Of a stretch of 64,000 nucleotides of DNA, positions 1-16,516 are shown one piece after another. Source of the DNA: the human T2T-CHM13v2.0 reference genome, Homo sapiens; the NCBI RefSeq assembly GCF_009914755.1, contig NC_060935.1; one strand, written 5' to 3'. The position numbers were made by a program, and so were the translations under genes. The notes beneath the pieces are model-generated. The model saw only the letters and a list, made by a program, of their open reading frames with translations, ran no database searches and was not told the DNA's origin. The stretch's first letter is position 1. The number at the start of each line of letters is the position of its first letter.

Positions 1-340
1 AGAAATTTCTTTTGTTTCAATATTTCATTCATTCTCCTTTTTTATTTTTTGTACATGTGTGATTTATCTCTTTTTGTGATAACATTAACTAGTAGTTTGT
101 GTATTTTTAATGTAATCTATTAATTATATCTTTGTTTTCTCATCTCTATCACTAATTTCTGCTTTTGTATTTATTACTTTCTTCCTTGGGCTTTCTTTTG
201 AGTTTCTTTGTTATTCTTTTTCTAGATTTTATAACCTAGGAATTTAATTCATTCATTCTTAATCTTTCATTTTTATTTATATATGCATTTCCTCAAAATG
301 AGTTCCATTCAGCGAATTCCAATATTCCAAGAAAAATGTT
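1..340 (-). mobile_element. Old LINE-1 (L1M) fragment
   Basis: T-rich sequence resembling antisense L1 ORF2; heavily diverged, recognised by eye. Confidence 0.5.
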
Positions 341-359
341 TTTGAAATTTAAGATGACT

Positions 360-490
360 ATATAATGTATATATAATGTAATAATGTAATGTGTGTATAA
401 TGTATATAGAAGAATTTATATGTATTCATGGAACATATATGTATTATATGTATATATATATATATATATATAATGTATATGTAATGTATA
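360..490. repeat. AT-rich low-complexity / (TA)n microsatellite
   Basis: tataatgta-like units and a pure (TA)n run at about 450-472. Confidence 0.85.
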
Positions 491-589
491 TCAATGTAGC
501 CTGGACACTTACACTAAACCTCCACTCCAGTAACACCCATAGATTGCCTCTCCTAAGACACATGTGACACCTAAAACATAAGGACACTT

Positions 590-2250
590 TATGTTGGATG
601 ACTACAGTCTTAACACCCTGGTCCCATCCGTCACGGCCTCCTTAATATTATGTAAGTTGCTGATTCTATTCAATCAACAAGTGGTAAATACTTTGCTCTT
701 ATATATTTGGCTAACCTTGTCTGTTTAGTGCCTATTCCAACAGCCTCTCAGCTTCTGTTTGCCTCCACTGCTGAGGGGACACAATACACCTTTCCAGGGT
801 ACCCATGGGGGACCTTCACAGCTTTGTCACCACACACAATCTTTGCAGACAAGATCTTAATGACAACTGCCTTCCCCAGGGGCACAGATATGACATTGCA
901 TTGAGGACGTCCTACTCCAAAGAAATGCATTTGATACACACATTGAAGACATTTAACCCCAATATTTCTTAATACTTTTGGGCTCTGGTGGCAACATATT
1001 TCTCATTGACAAATTTTATTGCTAAATTAAAATCAACAGGCACTCCTGTGTGTGATCTCAAAAGGCTCCTTCACTGTAAACCTTTGGCAAGCTCCCGTAA
1101 TGTCTCCTGGAGTCTCTGGATCACTTATGATAGTCATTAGTTGCTTTAGGGCTTCTGATGCAAGATCTTGTCCCTCTTGGCCTCAGGCTATACACCATTA
1201 AAACAGCAAATGACTGGCTACCTATGAACTGTCTTGGACATAGAGGCTCTCACAGACCCTGAGCCTGTGACCCTCCATACCCAGTTGTCCATTATGCTTT
1301 GAGGTATGGAAACATCACCCCACAAGCTCAGCTTGGCTACCAAGGCCTCCCTAAGACAGGATGGAGCCAACTGGGCCCTCTGGGATATTCCATCTGCAGG
1401 AGAGGGTGGCCTCCTCATTCTCTCGGTCCTTTGCCAGATGCCAGGGTGCTGGAAGAGGTCACCCCTCCCCAGGCCCCTTGGCTACCTGGGAAGCCCTTTG
1501 GTGTTAACTGAGTGAACAGGAATGGGAGTTCATGGACTGTAGGAACGGCATCGTTAGCCATCACACGTGATGCAGCTTAGTGGAGAGCTGTTCCTTTCCA
1601 TCCCTTAGCCAGGATGATGAAGGACAGGACCCAAGAAAAAACACACTTGGTCAAACTTCAGGAAGTCATCCTAGCCCTGGCTGTCCTGGCTAACAAATGG
1701 TCTCATCTTCACATTCATTATTAATTATTGGGCCATTACCTAAAAATTGTTCCCATCAAGGTAAAAAGCAAATAAACCCCGGGAATCTCTTATTTCACAG
1801 ACATCAAATTATAAATCAAAATCACATAACTCCATGTTGCAAGGCCTTGCTAGTTCACTGCTTGTTTCTTTCAGAGTTAGAGACATTACTAATAGCTATG
1901 AAGGCACACATTTCACTCCTTAGAATACACCACTATGCTGGGCTTCCAGAGGAGGCATCCAATATAAACTTCATGTCCCTGATAGGTCCCAATGGTTGCT
2001 CTAATGATGTCCTCAAACAACTTCTTTTCAAATTCCAATACAATAAATACACTAAAGATCTTGAGTTTACCCCAGGTCTTAACCTATTCTTTATAAATTT
2101 CAATCTCTCCCCCATCCCTCAAGGGTTAGGGGCCAGATTAAAGATGCATATACTCCTGGGACTCATAACCATAGATTGTTCCTTAGATCAGGCAGCTAGC
2201 TGCCCCTCTGATAGGGGACCCATTTGAACCCAAGCTTCCACGCAAAACAA
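590..2250 (+). mobile_element. Degenerate ERVL-type endogenous retrovirus pol remnant (RT, connection, RNase H, integrase)
   Basis: + strand pieces translate to RT-like LANLVCLVPIPTASQLLFASTAEGTQYTF (ORF 707-904), connection-like SGYTPLKQQ...IEALT...VTLHTQLSIM...SPHKL (about 1180-1330) and integrase-like GTHFTP...WA..GGIQYKLHVP (about 1900-1980); many stops and frameshifts. Confidence 0.7.
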
Positions 2251-3189
2251 ACCCTGTCAGGTGCAGCCGCACACTGTCCTGTTGTTGGTTGGTCTTATCA
2301 CTACTGCCTTGCCTGCTTCACTGGTTACAATCAGAGGCCCAAAACCTTCAGCAGACCACCGTTTTAACCTCAGCAATTATGACAAGTGCTGAGGCCCACG
2401 TTAACTCGAGTAGGTCCCCATGAAAAGGACACACCTGTCCCACATCTCAGATGACATTACCTTTGCCCTATAATTCACCTCTGAAGGTGACATTGCCTCA
2501 GATGACACATCTGAACCCAAGACCTTGATGTTGGAGATAGCTTTGCCCCTGGTGCCACGGACGGCTTCACTTCTTACACTAAACCTCTACTCCAGTGATG
2601 CCCATGGACTGGCTCTGCTAACACACAAATGGACAGTGTGTAGTTTTGCTTTTCTTTCTGTACTGACTGCCTGCTTAGCTCCTGATCTTGGTATACTCCT
2701 TGCTCTCTGCTCAAAGGTACACTGCCACACAGCTCTATACCTCAACAAAACTCTAGCCTGGTGAAAGCCAATCTAGAAGCAATGGCACAACAGATAACAA
2801 GTATTTTATAACCTTACCCGGGTTCACAACAACCTTCCTACTTTGCCCTAGGTGAAGGGTTGCTCTATTCACTTGGCTCAACCCCACACAGTGGAGTGGA
2901 TGCCTGTGAGTGGGGTTTAAGGTCACAGTGGTGCCTCCACATTGTTTGTGTGTTCAGTGATGCTCATCAAATGCCTTGCTCCATGCCTGGCCCACATTTC
3001 TCCAGTAGCCTTCAATGTCTCCACTATTTAAGCAGTAGTCGTCACCAAACACAAGGTCATATGCCCAGGCATCACAGGGTCAGTTGTAACAGGAACACAC
3101 AGAAAAGGTTGCTGTCTAGTCATAGAAATAGACTGGCACACCCAAATGTCTCAAACGGGGGGCCAGAGTTCAGAACTTAGAGGCATCTC

Positions 3190-3820
3190 TCCAGCCCAGC
3201 CCAATGGGCTTTCTGCTTTGCCACTGATTCCTTTAAAGGGACAATTCAGGTATTTGCCTGCAAACTTTAAGTGACTTACACCCCATTCCCTTATATCTAC
3301 CACTAGTTGTGGGGTTTCTCTCTCTCTCTCTCTGCCTGACTTTGCATTCATGACCCCAGGATGGAGCACTGCCTTCGTGACTCACGGCACCCTCCCTGTC
3401 CAGGATTCATAAGTAATAAGTTAGTGAACATATTTTTTATTGTGGGGTGTATTAAATTTGCACCCTCTATCTGAAGAACCAGAGACTACCCCGATGGCTC
3501 CCAGAGTCCAAGTAATGGTCAGGCAGACATAAATTGGACACAGATCTGATAAGAACCATCAGGGCATCTGCCAATGTATTTTCCTTTTCTTTTTAACTTT
3601 TTTTACACAACCTTTTCTGAATCCAGAGCATCTGCCACTATAAACAAGCTTCCTGTGTGAGGGACTCCCTGGTTGTGGGTCGGACAACTAGGCATTAGGC
3701 TGTCCCCCAGGTAAAGGGAGTATCCTATGGAAAACATACTGTAAAACCCCACCCCGCTCAGGCAGTGTTGCTAGCTGCTCCGGTACCGGAACTCTAATTT
3801 AGCTGAGGGCTCTTAAAAAC
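3190..3820 (+). mobile_element. ERVL-class LTR (MER74/MER54-like)
   Basis: Segment ataaacaagcttcctgtgtgagggactccctggttgtgggtcggacaactaggcattaggctgtcc resembles this LTR group; lies downstream of the pol remnant. Confidence 0.5.
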
Positions 3821-4207
3821 AGTGTGGTGCTGGCAGAGATAGATAAGAGGACAAACAGGAGAGAATAAAAGCCCATACACGGACCACGCATCCGTAGAAC
3901 TGTCTCACATGACAGAGGTGGCATAACATATCGTGGGGAACGGAGGGAGTGTTCAACAAAGAGACTGAAAAAAAATGCTTATCCACATGTCAAAAGCTCA
4001 GATTGGAACCTAACTCATACTATCTAAACATCCAGATGAATTAGGACTTACATATAAAAAACAAAACTTCAAAATTTTTAATGAAATGTATAAGTAAGAC
4101 AAGATTTCCTAGATCCAACCAAACAATGTGTATTTTATAAAAGACTGGAAAATATGACATATTGAAAAAATGTTTGTTCATCAAAGGACATCTTAAAAGA
4201 CAAGCTA

Positions 4208-5192
<985 letters not shown>

Positions 5193-6049
5193 TCACATAT
5201 TCATAAACCCAGCAGTTTCTCCTGCTGTGTTGAAATTGTGGAGAGGAGAATGAGGATAGAAAGTAAACGGAGAGGCCAATAAGGAAGACAGAGCCAGTCT
5301 ATAAAAGAGGCTGGCTGTGGAGGTAGACAGCAGCTGTTCAGTTCAAGAGACTGAAATCAACAAAACACTAGAACAAGAAGGTCATAGAAAATGATATCCA
5401 AATGGTCAGTAAGCATATTAAAATGTGCTTATATTTATTAGTTGTTAGGAAAATGCTATAACCACAATGAAGGACCACTACACACCCACCAAAATTCAGA
5501 ACTCGGAATTCTTATATAAGGCTATGGGAGTGTAGATTTGTACAACCACTTTGGAAAACTCTATGGCTATCTACCATGAGACCCATCAATTCTATTTCCA
5601 GGCACATACCCAACAGAAATGTGTATAGATGTGTACTGAAAGACATGTACAGGAATGTTCGTAGCAGCAATATTCATAATAGCCAGAAACAGGTGACAGC
5701 CCAAATGCCTGTCAGCGTCCAAATGGACACTTTGTGGCATATTCACACAATGGAATGCTATACAGCAATGAAAACAAAGGCAATACAGGCACATATGATG
5801 TCTCAAAAGAGTATACACTAAATGATTCAGTTTTCATAAAGTTCAAGAACAGAGATGAGGATGGTGCTGAGCTACAGGGAGGAGAGCAGTGACTGGCAAG
5901 GCCAGAAGGGGTGCTAGGTAAGTTCTGTTTGTCGATCAGAGTGGTGATAACTTTCACTTTGTGAAAAGACATTTCTCTGTCCACTTAGGATTTGTGCATT
6001 TTTCCGTATGTATGGTATACGTCAATTTGAAGTTGACATTTAAAAGGAG

Positions 6050-6790
6050 GGACTTAGAAGAACTGATAGGACATGGTGACTGGTAGAGGTGGATGGAGAA
6101 GAACAGAAGGGATCTAGTGTGACTCAGGTTTTGGCCTGAGCAACTGGGTAAATGGCATTACCCTTTACTGAGATGGGAAAGAGCAGAGGAGGAGTCAGTG
6201 GGGCAGAAGGGAGGTGGGGGAGGGAATCAAGTTCACCTTTAGACATGCTACGATGGAGGTGCCTATCAGGCATTCAAGTGAAGATGTCAAGGAGCCACCT
6301 AGAGATTCAAGTTTAGAGCCCCAGGGAGCAGAGCTGCAGATGCAGATTTGGAAGACTTTGCTGTGTAAATACAATGCAAGGTGTGAGCCTGGATGAGTTC
6401 TCAGAGAGCAGAAACTGGAGAGAAAAGAGAAGTCCCGAGGATGGAGTGGAGGAGGGGGACTCGAACAGCTGGCCTGGTGAAAGACGAGAGGCACAAAGGG
6501 AGCAGCCAGAGAGCTAGGAAGAAAACTGGGAGAGCATAGTGTCCAAAGGCCAAGTGGTTTCAAAGAAACGGGAATGATCAACCATATCTAATGCTGCCAA
6601 TAGGTCAGGATGAGATCTGAGAATTGATTACTGGATTTAACATCATGGAGGTCACTAGGGAACTTGCCAAGGGCAGTTTTGTGGAAGGGTGATACCTGAA
6701 GTGTGGACCACCATTTGTGGTACCACAGATGGGAGGTGAGGACAGGAAGGCATGAAAGATAGCTCTTCCGAGAGTTTGCTGTGTGAGTGA
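6050..6790 (-). mobile_element. L2 fragment
   Basis: Antisense L2-type motifs (tggcctgagcaactggg; tagacatgctacgatggaggtgcct; catggaggtcactagggaacttg). Confidence 0.7.
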
Positions 6791-6989
6791 GCAGAAAAAT
6801 GGGGCAGGAGGTGGAGGACACAGTGTGGGTGGGGATTTTTAGGTGGGAGTTAGTACAGCATATGTGTGGAGGGGGAACAATGGACAGGACAAGGTTATCC
6901 TATCCATTGACCTTGGGGCCAGGTCATTGAATAGGTGGGAAGGGGGTGAGATTGCATATGCTTGGGGCTTCACCTGCCTAGTTATAGGA

Positions 6990-7304
6990 AGGACAAGATT
7001 TAAGCAATTGGGGAAAGGCAGCCATGCAGATAAGGCATTGCCTGAGAAAGTTGATAAAGGCTATACAACCCCTTCTCTTCCTCCTTCCTTAGCCAGGCTC
7101 CAGCAGGTAGATTCAAAGGTTTCTTGTAGGATAGAAGTTCCTGCCTCAGCAGGGGCAAGGAGGCCTTGGGGCTGGGCTGGGCTGGGCTGGGTGTGGCACT
7201 CTCCCTGCCAGCTTCTACAACCTGGGGAGGGAACAAAAACCTGTGGGTGCCTCAGACCACAGCAGAGCTCACAGAACCTGCGGGAGCCAGGCTGACCCGC
7301 CAGC
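6990..7304 (+). promoter_or_regulatory. MOGAT2: MOGAT2 proximal promoter and 5' UTR (non-CpG-island)
   Basis: Immediately upstream of the ATG; GATA motifs at about 7028 (agataa) and 7052 (tgataa); GGGCT repeats 7168-7191; no canonical TATAAA seen. Confidence 0.6.
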
Positions 7305-7395
7305 ATGGTAGAGTTCGCGCCCTTGTTTGTGCCGTGGGAGCGCAGGCTGCAGACACTTGCTGTCCTACAGTTTGTCTTCTCCTTCTTGGCACTGG
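7305..7395 (+). CDS. MOGAT2: MOGAT2 (2-acylglycerol O-acyltransferase 2) coding exon 1
   Basis: agcATGg Kozak context; [30 protein letters not shown]; donor G|gtaagt; 91 nt. Confidence 0.97.
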
Positions 7396-8374
7396 GTAAG
7401 TTGGGCTGCACTGTAAGACGGGAGACCACCGCACTCAGGTGGGGCAGAGCAGCCACACCAGGTGCACACAGCACATTGATGGTGGCAAGACATTTATCCT
7501 AAAGGGGGCTTTGTTGCGCTCAGAGCCCCTGCCCAGAGAGAACTCCTGGGCCTGCCCAGAGGCTTCTTGGGGGTGGAGTGGGGTAGAAGTCACCGTCTGC
7601 TGCTCTGGGCAGGTTACTTACTCTTCCTGGCTTGCACTGTGGGTTCTCCTTTGGCACTTGGATGAAGACCAGTCTGCAGGCTGCCAAGTGGTGTGGGAAA
7701 GCCTCTGGGCGATGATGGGAAAGTTCTGGGCTCTGCAGCCTGCTCAGAGAGGAGAGATTTCCTTCTGTGCGCTCAGGGAGGAGGAAACTGGGGCTGGTAG
7801 TAGGGTAAGTGAGAGAAACAGGGAAAGAACAGAAGGGTGGGGAGAAGGTGCAGACTGAGAGTGGACTGTGGAGTGGGCATGCTGGGTACCAGGAAACCCG
7901 GAGTCAGACTCAGCTGGGCAACTGACTTTAGCCAGCCCATGCCTGACCTCTCCAAGCCTCGACTTCACCATCTGCAGAACGGGGACAACAATGCTGGCCT
8001 TGCAGGGCTATTGTGAAGGAAATGAAGAAATGTGCTGACCTCTGCTTGGCACAGACCTGGCCTGGACCCTGGGCTGGGCTCACACTGGAGGGCATGAGCA
8101 TGGCCCCTTACCCACCCCACCACTGATTTGTGGCCAGAGAGATCACCCTTGCCCAAACAATAGCTCTGCCAAAGGTAACATTTTCTAGGAGGGTCTGGAT
8201 CTGTGGCTTGGGAAGGGAGAATGACTAGGAGTCCGTGGGGTTTTTCCTTTCATCTGCTGGCACCAGACAAGGTAGGAACTGCTGCTTCCAGGGCTGAGGT
8301 TCAGCCTGTACACAGATACCACTCTCCTGGTTGTTAAAATATTGACACACTCTGAACACATTGCTCAGTAGCCA

Positions 8375-8382
8375 TCTCTCTT

Positions 8383-8420
<38 letters not shown>
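8375..8420. repeat. Compound (CT)n(CA)n microsatellite
   Basis: Seen directly in the sequence. Confidence 0.9.
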
Positions 8421-9409
8421 GTACTTCCTCAGAAACTCCCCCACAATTCTGTAGCGAAAAAACTCCCCCTTGGCAAAGCAGGCCCTCCAGGACCCTGCCC
8501 TAGCATCCCTTCTGGTTGAGCTGTGTCTCTGTTCTAAGGGTTTTTAGACATTTTACACATTCCTGTATACCCCCTTTGCACAGATGAGCCAAACAATCAA
8601 GGATTTGCCTCCAGTAAGGGCTGAGAAACCATCAGTCAGAGGGGAATTCCACACTAGGCCTGGTCTTAGCCCTGATGCACCCCTGATTATGGGGCGGCCA
8701 GGGGCTGGCCTCTTCCTCCCTCCCTCCTTTCAACAACAAACGTCACTGGTCACTGAAGGCAAAGGAATCAGAGCTCAGCAGGTTTGGGAACACTGTGTAG
8801 TTCAGAGTGGCCACAGACAAGAGGCAGGAGCGGGAGGGACAGGGCCAGCTCTGGGGCTCCTGGAGGCCAGGCTGAGCTACTTGGACTGTGCCCAAAGTTA
8901 TGGGGAAGTCATGAAGGGCTTGAATAAGGGGAGGCACCTGGCTGGATTTATCTCTGGGAAAATGGGGCAGAGGATGAACAGAAAGAGAGCAGGAAAGGGT
9001 CTCCCTTTGCTCTGAGATCCCAAAAGATGGAAACTAGAACAGTTTATCCAACCAGTTGTCCCCATTGATTGAGCACTTAATGAGTACAAACAACTCTCCT
9101 GGGGAGAAGGAGGACAGGCAGGGGATGGAGTGAATTAGGCGGCCTGGTGCAGTGGGAGAAAGTGAGCTTTGGAGTTAGGCCTACCTAGGCTCAACGCGTG
9201 CTCCCAGTGACACTGGGCTGGCCGTAGTCCCTCTCAGGGACTTTGTCTCCTCTTTGAATGCCCCGGAAGCTGCTGTCTTCCTCCTGGGCCCGAGGATTGG
9301 ACAGGACAGTGCTGCTAGTGCCGGGCCTATGGGCAGAGTTCAGTCTGAGCAATCTCACCTGCCTTCCTCTCAGACCCCTGTCCCTGACAGCTCCTTCTTC
9401 CCTCCCCAG

Positions 9410-9588
9410 CCGAGATCTGCACTGTGGGCTTCATAGCCCTCCTGTTTACAAGATTCTGGCTCCTCACTGTCCTGTATGCGGCCTGGTGGTATCTGGACCG
9501 AGACAAGCCACGGCAGGGGGGCCGGCACATCCAGGCCATCAGGTGCTGGACTATATGGAAGTACATGAAGGACTATTTCCCCATCTCG
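9410..9588 (+). CDS. MOGAT2: MOGAT2 coding exon 2 (hydrophobic segment, YFP motif)
   Basis: Pyrimidine tract then ccccag|; (A)[12 protein letters not shown]...[10 protein letters not shown]; donor |gtgagt; 179 nt, cumulative 270. Confidence 0.97.
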
Positions 9589-10629
9589 GTGAGTATTGAG
9601 GCTGGTTGGGGTTGGGGAGGGAGTTGGCTGGGGTGTGGTCAGGGCCAGAGTGCCGACGTCTCCATGGGAGAATATGGCCCTGCATGCACTGAGGAGGGTA
9701 CTGGGCTGGGAGGCAGGAGCTAGGGCTTCCGCTACTATGTGACCTAGAGAAGAGTCCAGCTTCTCTCCGATCATGGTTTCGCATCTGCAGGGATGCGGGG
9801 CCAATATGTGGATTGATGGATGTCCAGCATTTGAAGGAGTTCTGTGGGTTATATGGTGTGAGGCATGCCTATGTATCTTAAAGGCACAAACCCATCAGCA
9901 GCCCAGGCTTGGGAGTGAAGGTAATAAACTTACAGGTTCTAAGGACCATCTAGCCTCACACTTAACATTCATCAGAAGAGGAGGCTGACACCCAGAGATG
10001 GAGGAAATGTCACCAAGGTCACACAGCAAGTTCTTTTACAGATTTCCAAGTGTGTACACTGACTGTGGGCAAAGGGACAGAGGAGAGAGCCCTGAATTGT
10101 TCTCAGATCCTACCCTGACCCTAACTCTGGCATGTGGTATATCTTTGGGCAAAGCTTTATCCTGTTCTGAGGCTCAGTCTCCCCATGTATCTAGTAAGTA
10201 CACTGATTCCTCCTCCTCTGCATGCCTTCAAATCTCTGGCTTTCCGACTCCTGTCACCTCGTGGTCATTGTGGACGCTGGGCCCTGGACTTGAAGTTGTG
10301 TCCAGAGCAGAGCAGATCCCTGGATTTGAGTGAGCAGATCTTTCGGCTCCTTCAACGGAATCCCAGGCAATTTAAAGCCTTGATCTATGCAGCCAGGCAG
10401 TGATGGTTTATTGGCCAGAAGGGATAGGATGGGGAAGGCAGTGGGGACGCAGAGAAGGGACAGGCAGGGGCAGTTGGCCCTCCTCTGGAAGCAGGAGAGA
10501 AGAAAGGGGTAAGATATGGCCCGTGGAGACAGGCAGACTAGATTCTGATCCCAAGTCTGCCCCATACCATATCAGCTGTATGATCGTAGGTAAGTTGGTC
10601 TCTCTGAGCCTCAGTTTCCTCATATGTAA

Positions 10630-11028
<399 letters not shown>

Positions 11029-12311
11029 TAGCTAGTATTATTTTACCTCGGCAGTGGGACTCTGAGGAAGTGTGGTCGTGACCTCGAGTCTGGGGAGGAC
11101 TCTGAGAGCCCAAGCCCTGCTGCTCTGACCTCCACACCTACGTAACTTCTCCCACCCCGCCTGGGAACCCTACCTCTTCCTGTCCCATCAGAAACAAGGT
11201 CTCCAGCTTGCAAAGGGGGAGGGGTAGAGGAAACAAGCCCACCAAAGTTAAGCAACTTCTCTGAATTATGGGAACACAGGGTGGTTGGGGTTCCTGCCTT
11301 GCTCCCTTCTGAGAGTCCAGGGGCCCAAGAAGGACTAGCAAAGGCTGAGCCACAGCTGGAATGCAGGAGCCTCTAGCACTGCAGTGAGCAGGGCCTCCAG
11401 GGCAAAGGGCAATGGGGGTGCTGGGCAGACAGCGGGCAGCGGCTGGCAGAGACTGCCGTGCTCACGAAGGGTGGTAGATGTGGTAAGGCGGAACATGGTC
11501 TAGCCTGGGGGGCTCAGGATGGGGGCAGTTTCCCCTGCACCTCATATGTGTTTCCTGCAGGGCCCACTCCTGGGTCTTGTCAGCAAAGAAACTTAGGGCT
11601 TGCTGAGTTCTGGGAGCAGTCATGGACGTGTCAGAGGCAGAGTCCTCATCCCCACCCCAGGACCTCTGCACTTTGAGATTCACCTCCCTTTCCTGCCTCT
11701 CCTCTCTCCAGCCTGGGCTTCCTCTTCTGTGCCAGGAAGGTCAGAGTTTCCCTGGGAAAGTGTGCTGTGGCCAGCCTGGGGACGTGTGTGTGACATCAGG
11801 GACCAAGCCAAAGAAAACCTGAAGCAGGCTCTGGCCTCCGGGAGAGCTTCAGAGGTTCTGGCTCTGGTCTCACTTCCCACTCTTGAGCTGAATCCCAAGC
11901 TCACCGGGGGGGAAAGGAAAAGCAGCCTGAAAAGGCAAACACACAAGCACAGGCCCAGACACTTGCCGCAGGGTGAGTTCTGAGCCACAGCCTGACATTC
12001 AGCGCGGCTAAAGCAGAAGGCAGGCCTGCAGAGGAGGCTAGGGAGGCCCTCAGGTCAGAGGGTGGAGGCCATTGGAGGACATTCCGCAGGACTGGGACTG
12101 CTCACCTGAAAGTTCTCCCGGGGTGTCTTCAGCCAGCCCAATGGCCTCAAAGGACAGCATCTGGCCCTCTTTGCACCTGGAGCATTTCCAGTTGCAGGTC
12201 TGGCAGAAATGCTGAGGCAGCTCTGCGCCTACCCTATCAACGTCCGTCCTTCCTGCTCCTTCCCCAGCCAGGTGGCTTTTGAGGAGGATATCTCAACCTT
12301 AGTACTGTTGA

Positions 12312-12668
<357 letters not shown>

Positions 12669-12934
12669 CTGTGCACTGTTTTGTTTTTTGTTTTTTTTTC
12701 CAGGATCCTTCCTCACCGCAGGCCCTTTGCAGCACCATCTGCCGAGGGTGACAATGCCACTGAGTGGCCAGCAGAGGGCGAGATGGTGTTCATTTTGACT
12801 ATGTCCTAAGCTGGGCCTGTGGGGTGGGGCTGTGGCCTGTAGACGCTCTTTCCATAGACCCTCCCACCCTCCCACACGCCTTTACTGCCCAGGCCCCGCA
12901 GGGATCATGGGGTGAAGAGACAGTAGGGATCCTC

Positions 12935-13105
12935 ATTCCTGGGCTCAAGCAATCCTCCTGCCTCAGCCTCCCAAGTAGCTTGGACTACAGACATGCACCA
13001 CCACAACTTTTAAAAAAATGTTTGTAGAGATGGAGTCTCACTGTGTTGCCAGGCTGCTTGGCCTCCCAAAATGCTGAGATTAGAGGTGTGAGCCACCACA
13101 CCTAT
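12935..13105 (-). mobile_element. Partial old Alu (AluJ-like)
   Basis: tcctgggctcaagcaatcctcctgcctcagcc...gtgagccaccacacc. Confidence 0.85.
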
Positions 13106-13920
13106 CCCACACCTTTTAAATATACTGAAACCCTGAATGTCATACTTTAAACGGATGCATTTTATGGTGCATAAATTATATCAACTAAAAGCAATAGCAG
13201 CCCCCAGAGCCTAGTAACCTGGCTGTGCCCTTCTCCAGGCCCCACTGCCTACTGCACACCCAGCCTGCCAGGGCATGCACCCAGGCAGGATTTTCCCCAG
13301 ACAGCCATCTATCTTCGCTTAGTCACACTCCCCTCGCCTAACAGAACTGAGGGAGGGAGACAGACCACAGCACTTCACAAACCTCCCCTCTTCTTTGTTT
13401 ACCCCCCTTGAACCCTGTAGCAACCCTGCCAGGGAGGCGTTATCAGTGTCCTGTGGGACAGAAATAATTGAGCCACAGAGGGGACAGGGGCTTGGCAATG
13501 GTCATGTGATGAGCCAGCGGCAGAACCGGGGTCTCCTGACTCAAGGTTCTTTTTCCCACTAGTGGAACCCTGGTGACATGCCAGGATAGGATTGGGGTCA
13601 GGGAGCCTTCCTTCTGAGGCTGTACCAGCCTCATCCATTGGGCTCATTCCTTCCTTCCTTCATGCTATACCCTTTCCAGAGCATCTCCTCTGTTCCAGGC
13701 CTGCACTGGGGACACAGATGCATCAGATACATGGTCTGTAATCTTCACAGGGATGTTGTGATAGATTTGGGTCCAGGGGACAGATGGAAGAGGTTAGCAC
13801 AGAAAGATACCAATAGAGACCACATCTAGGGAGGTGCAGACCACACCTCAGTATCCAAGTGCCTGCACTGTGGGAGGGCCTGTGTCTAGGTCACTGAGCC
13901 AGTATTAGCACATGCATTTA

Positions 13921-14091
<171 letters not shown>

Positions 14092-14689
14092 TCAAAAACA
14101 GACCAAAGGGTAGGTGTGAAAAGTCCTCATTCCACATCATGTCCCATCTCCCCAGTTCCTGTCCTCAGAGGCAACGATGACTACCAGTGTTTGGTGTATC
14201 CATATAAAGCAAATGTGTTTTTCCCTTCTCTGCACAGTTGCAACACTCTCCACACATTGTCCCCCACCTTGCTTTTCCAGTTAACAAGCTGCCATGGCCC
14301 TTTTTCCCTATCAGGACAGAAAAAGCTGCTGTACTTCTCTATGGTGACACAACGGTCCATTGTGTGGATGTTTCACAAATTGTCTAAATAGGCCCTGCTG
14401 ATGGTCATTTAAGTGGATGACAAATTTTTCATATCACCAAAACCTGATGCTTCTGTGAATAACCTTGTTCAGGTGTCATTTTGCACAAGTGTGAGAAATT
14501 CTGTAGGCTAAATTCCTCAGCAGTGGAGTTGCTGGGTTAAAAGATCAGTTATATTTTTTGGGTTTGGTAGATATTGTCAAATTGTGTTTATGGAGGTGCA
14601 AAATTACCCTCCCACTAGCAGTGAATGAAAATTTATAAGCAAGTGTTTCCATGCATTGAGCTAGATAGGTTTTTAAAGAACCACCACCA

Positions 14690-15048
<359 letters not shown>

Positions 15049-15804
15049 TCAGCCTGGATGGGGCAGACAGGCTCCAGGCCTTACAGATGTCTCCAGTCTG
15101 CTCTGAGAGAGGGCAGCCAGGCCTCTGCTGCTCCCCAACAAGAACCCTCAGGGAGTCACCAGCTGCATCTTGATGACAGGAAGAATTTTTACACTGGCAA
15201 AGCTGTGCCAGAGGGGAAAGGCTGGCCTCTGACCTGAGGGAGTGCACATTGCAGGGCCTGGGCAGTCCTATCAGGGAGCCTCCCGATGGGGTATGTGTGA
15301 TTGGGCCAGAGACCCTGGGGACCCTTGGACTCCGATGGCCGGGGTCTTCCAGACACAAGGCACTGAAAAGGGTGGCCCCCGCAGTTCCTTACAATCACCA
15401 CCCACAGCGATAGTCTTTGTAGATTCAGCTGCTTGGCACAGCCCGTCCGGTATCTGGCCAGGAGCAGCATTTGTTAACTGCATTTCTTCCCCTTTCACCT
15501 TCACCCCACTTCACCTAGAAGCTGCTAATGACAGCAGCTCTCTCTCACTCAATCTACAACGTCCGTTGGATGCTGCTACACTCTCATGCTGCAGGCCTGG
15601 CCAGACCCAGGCAAGCTGCTGCGATGGCTGGGGAAAGAGAGTGGCCAAGGGGCAATGAAGGCCTGGCGAGGGGAAGCAGAGAGCCACAGGGTGCCATGCA
15701 TCATGCATACGGGTAAACAGGGCTAGAGCTTTCCACCCAACAGGACTCGCTCCTCAGATGGCCTACAAAGCCTCATTCCCACATCTGAAGTGCCAATTTT
15801 TTGC

Positions 15805-16516
<712 letters not shown>

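Noticed and set aside
1697-2227. 176-aa ORF as a novel gene
   Set aside because: Lies in the decayed ERVL pol/integrase region; no recognisable domain in this frame and no splice or promoter support.
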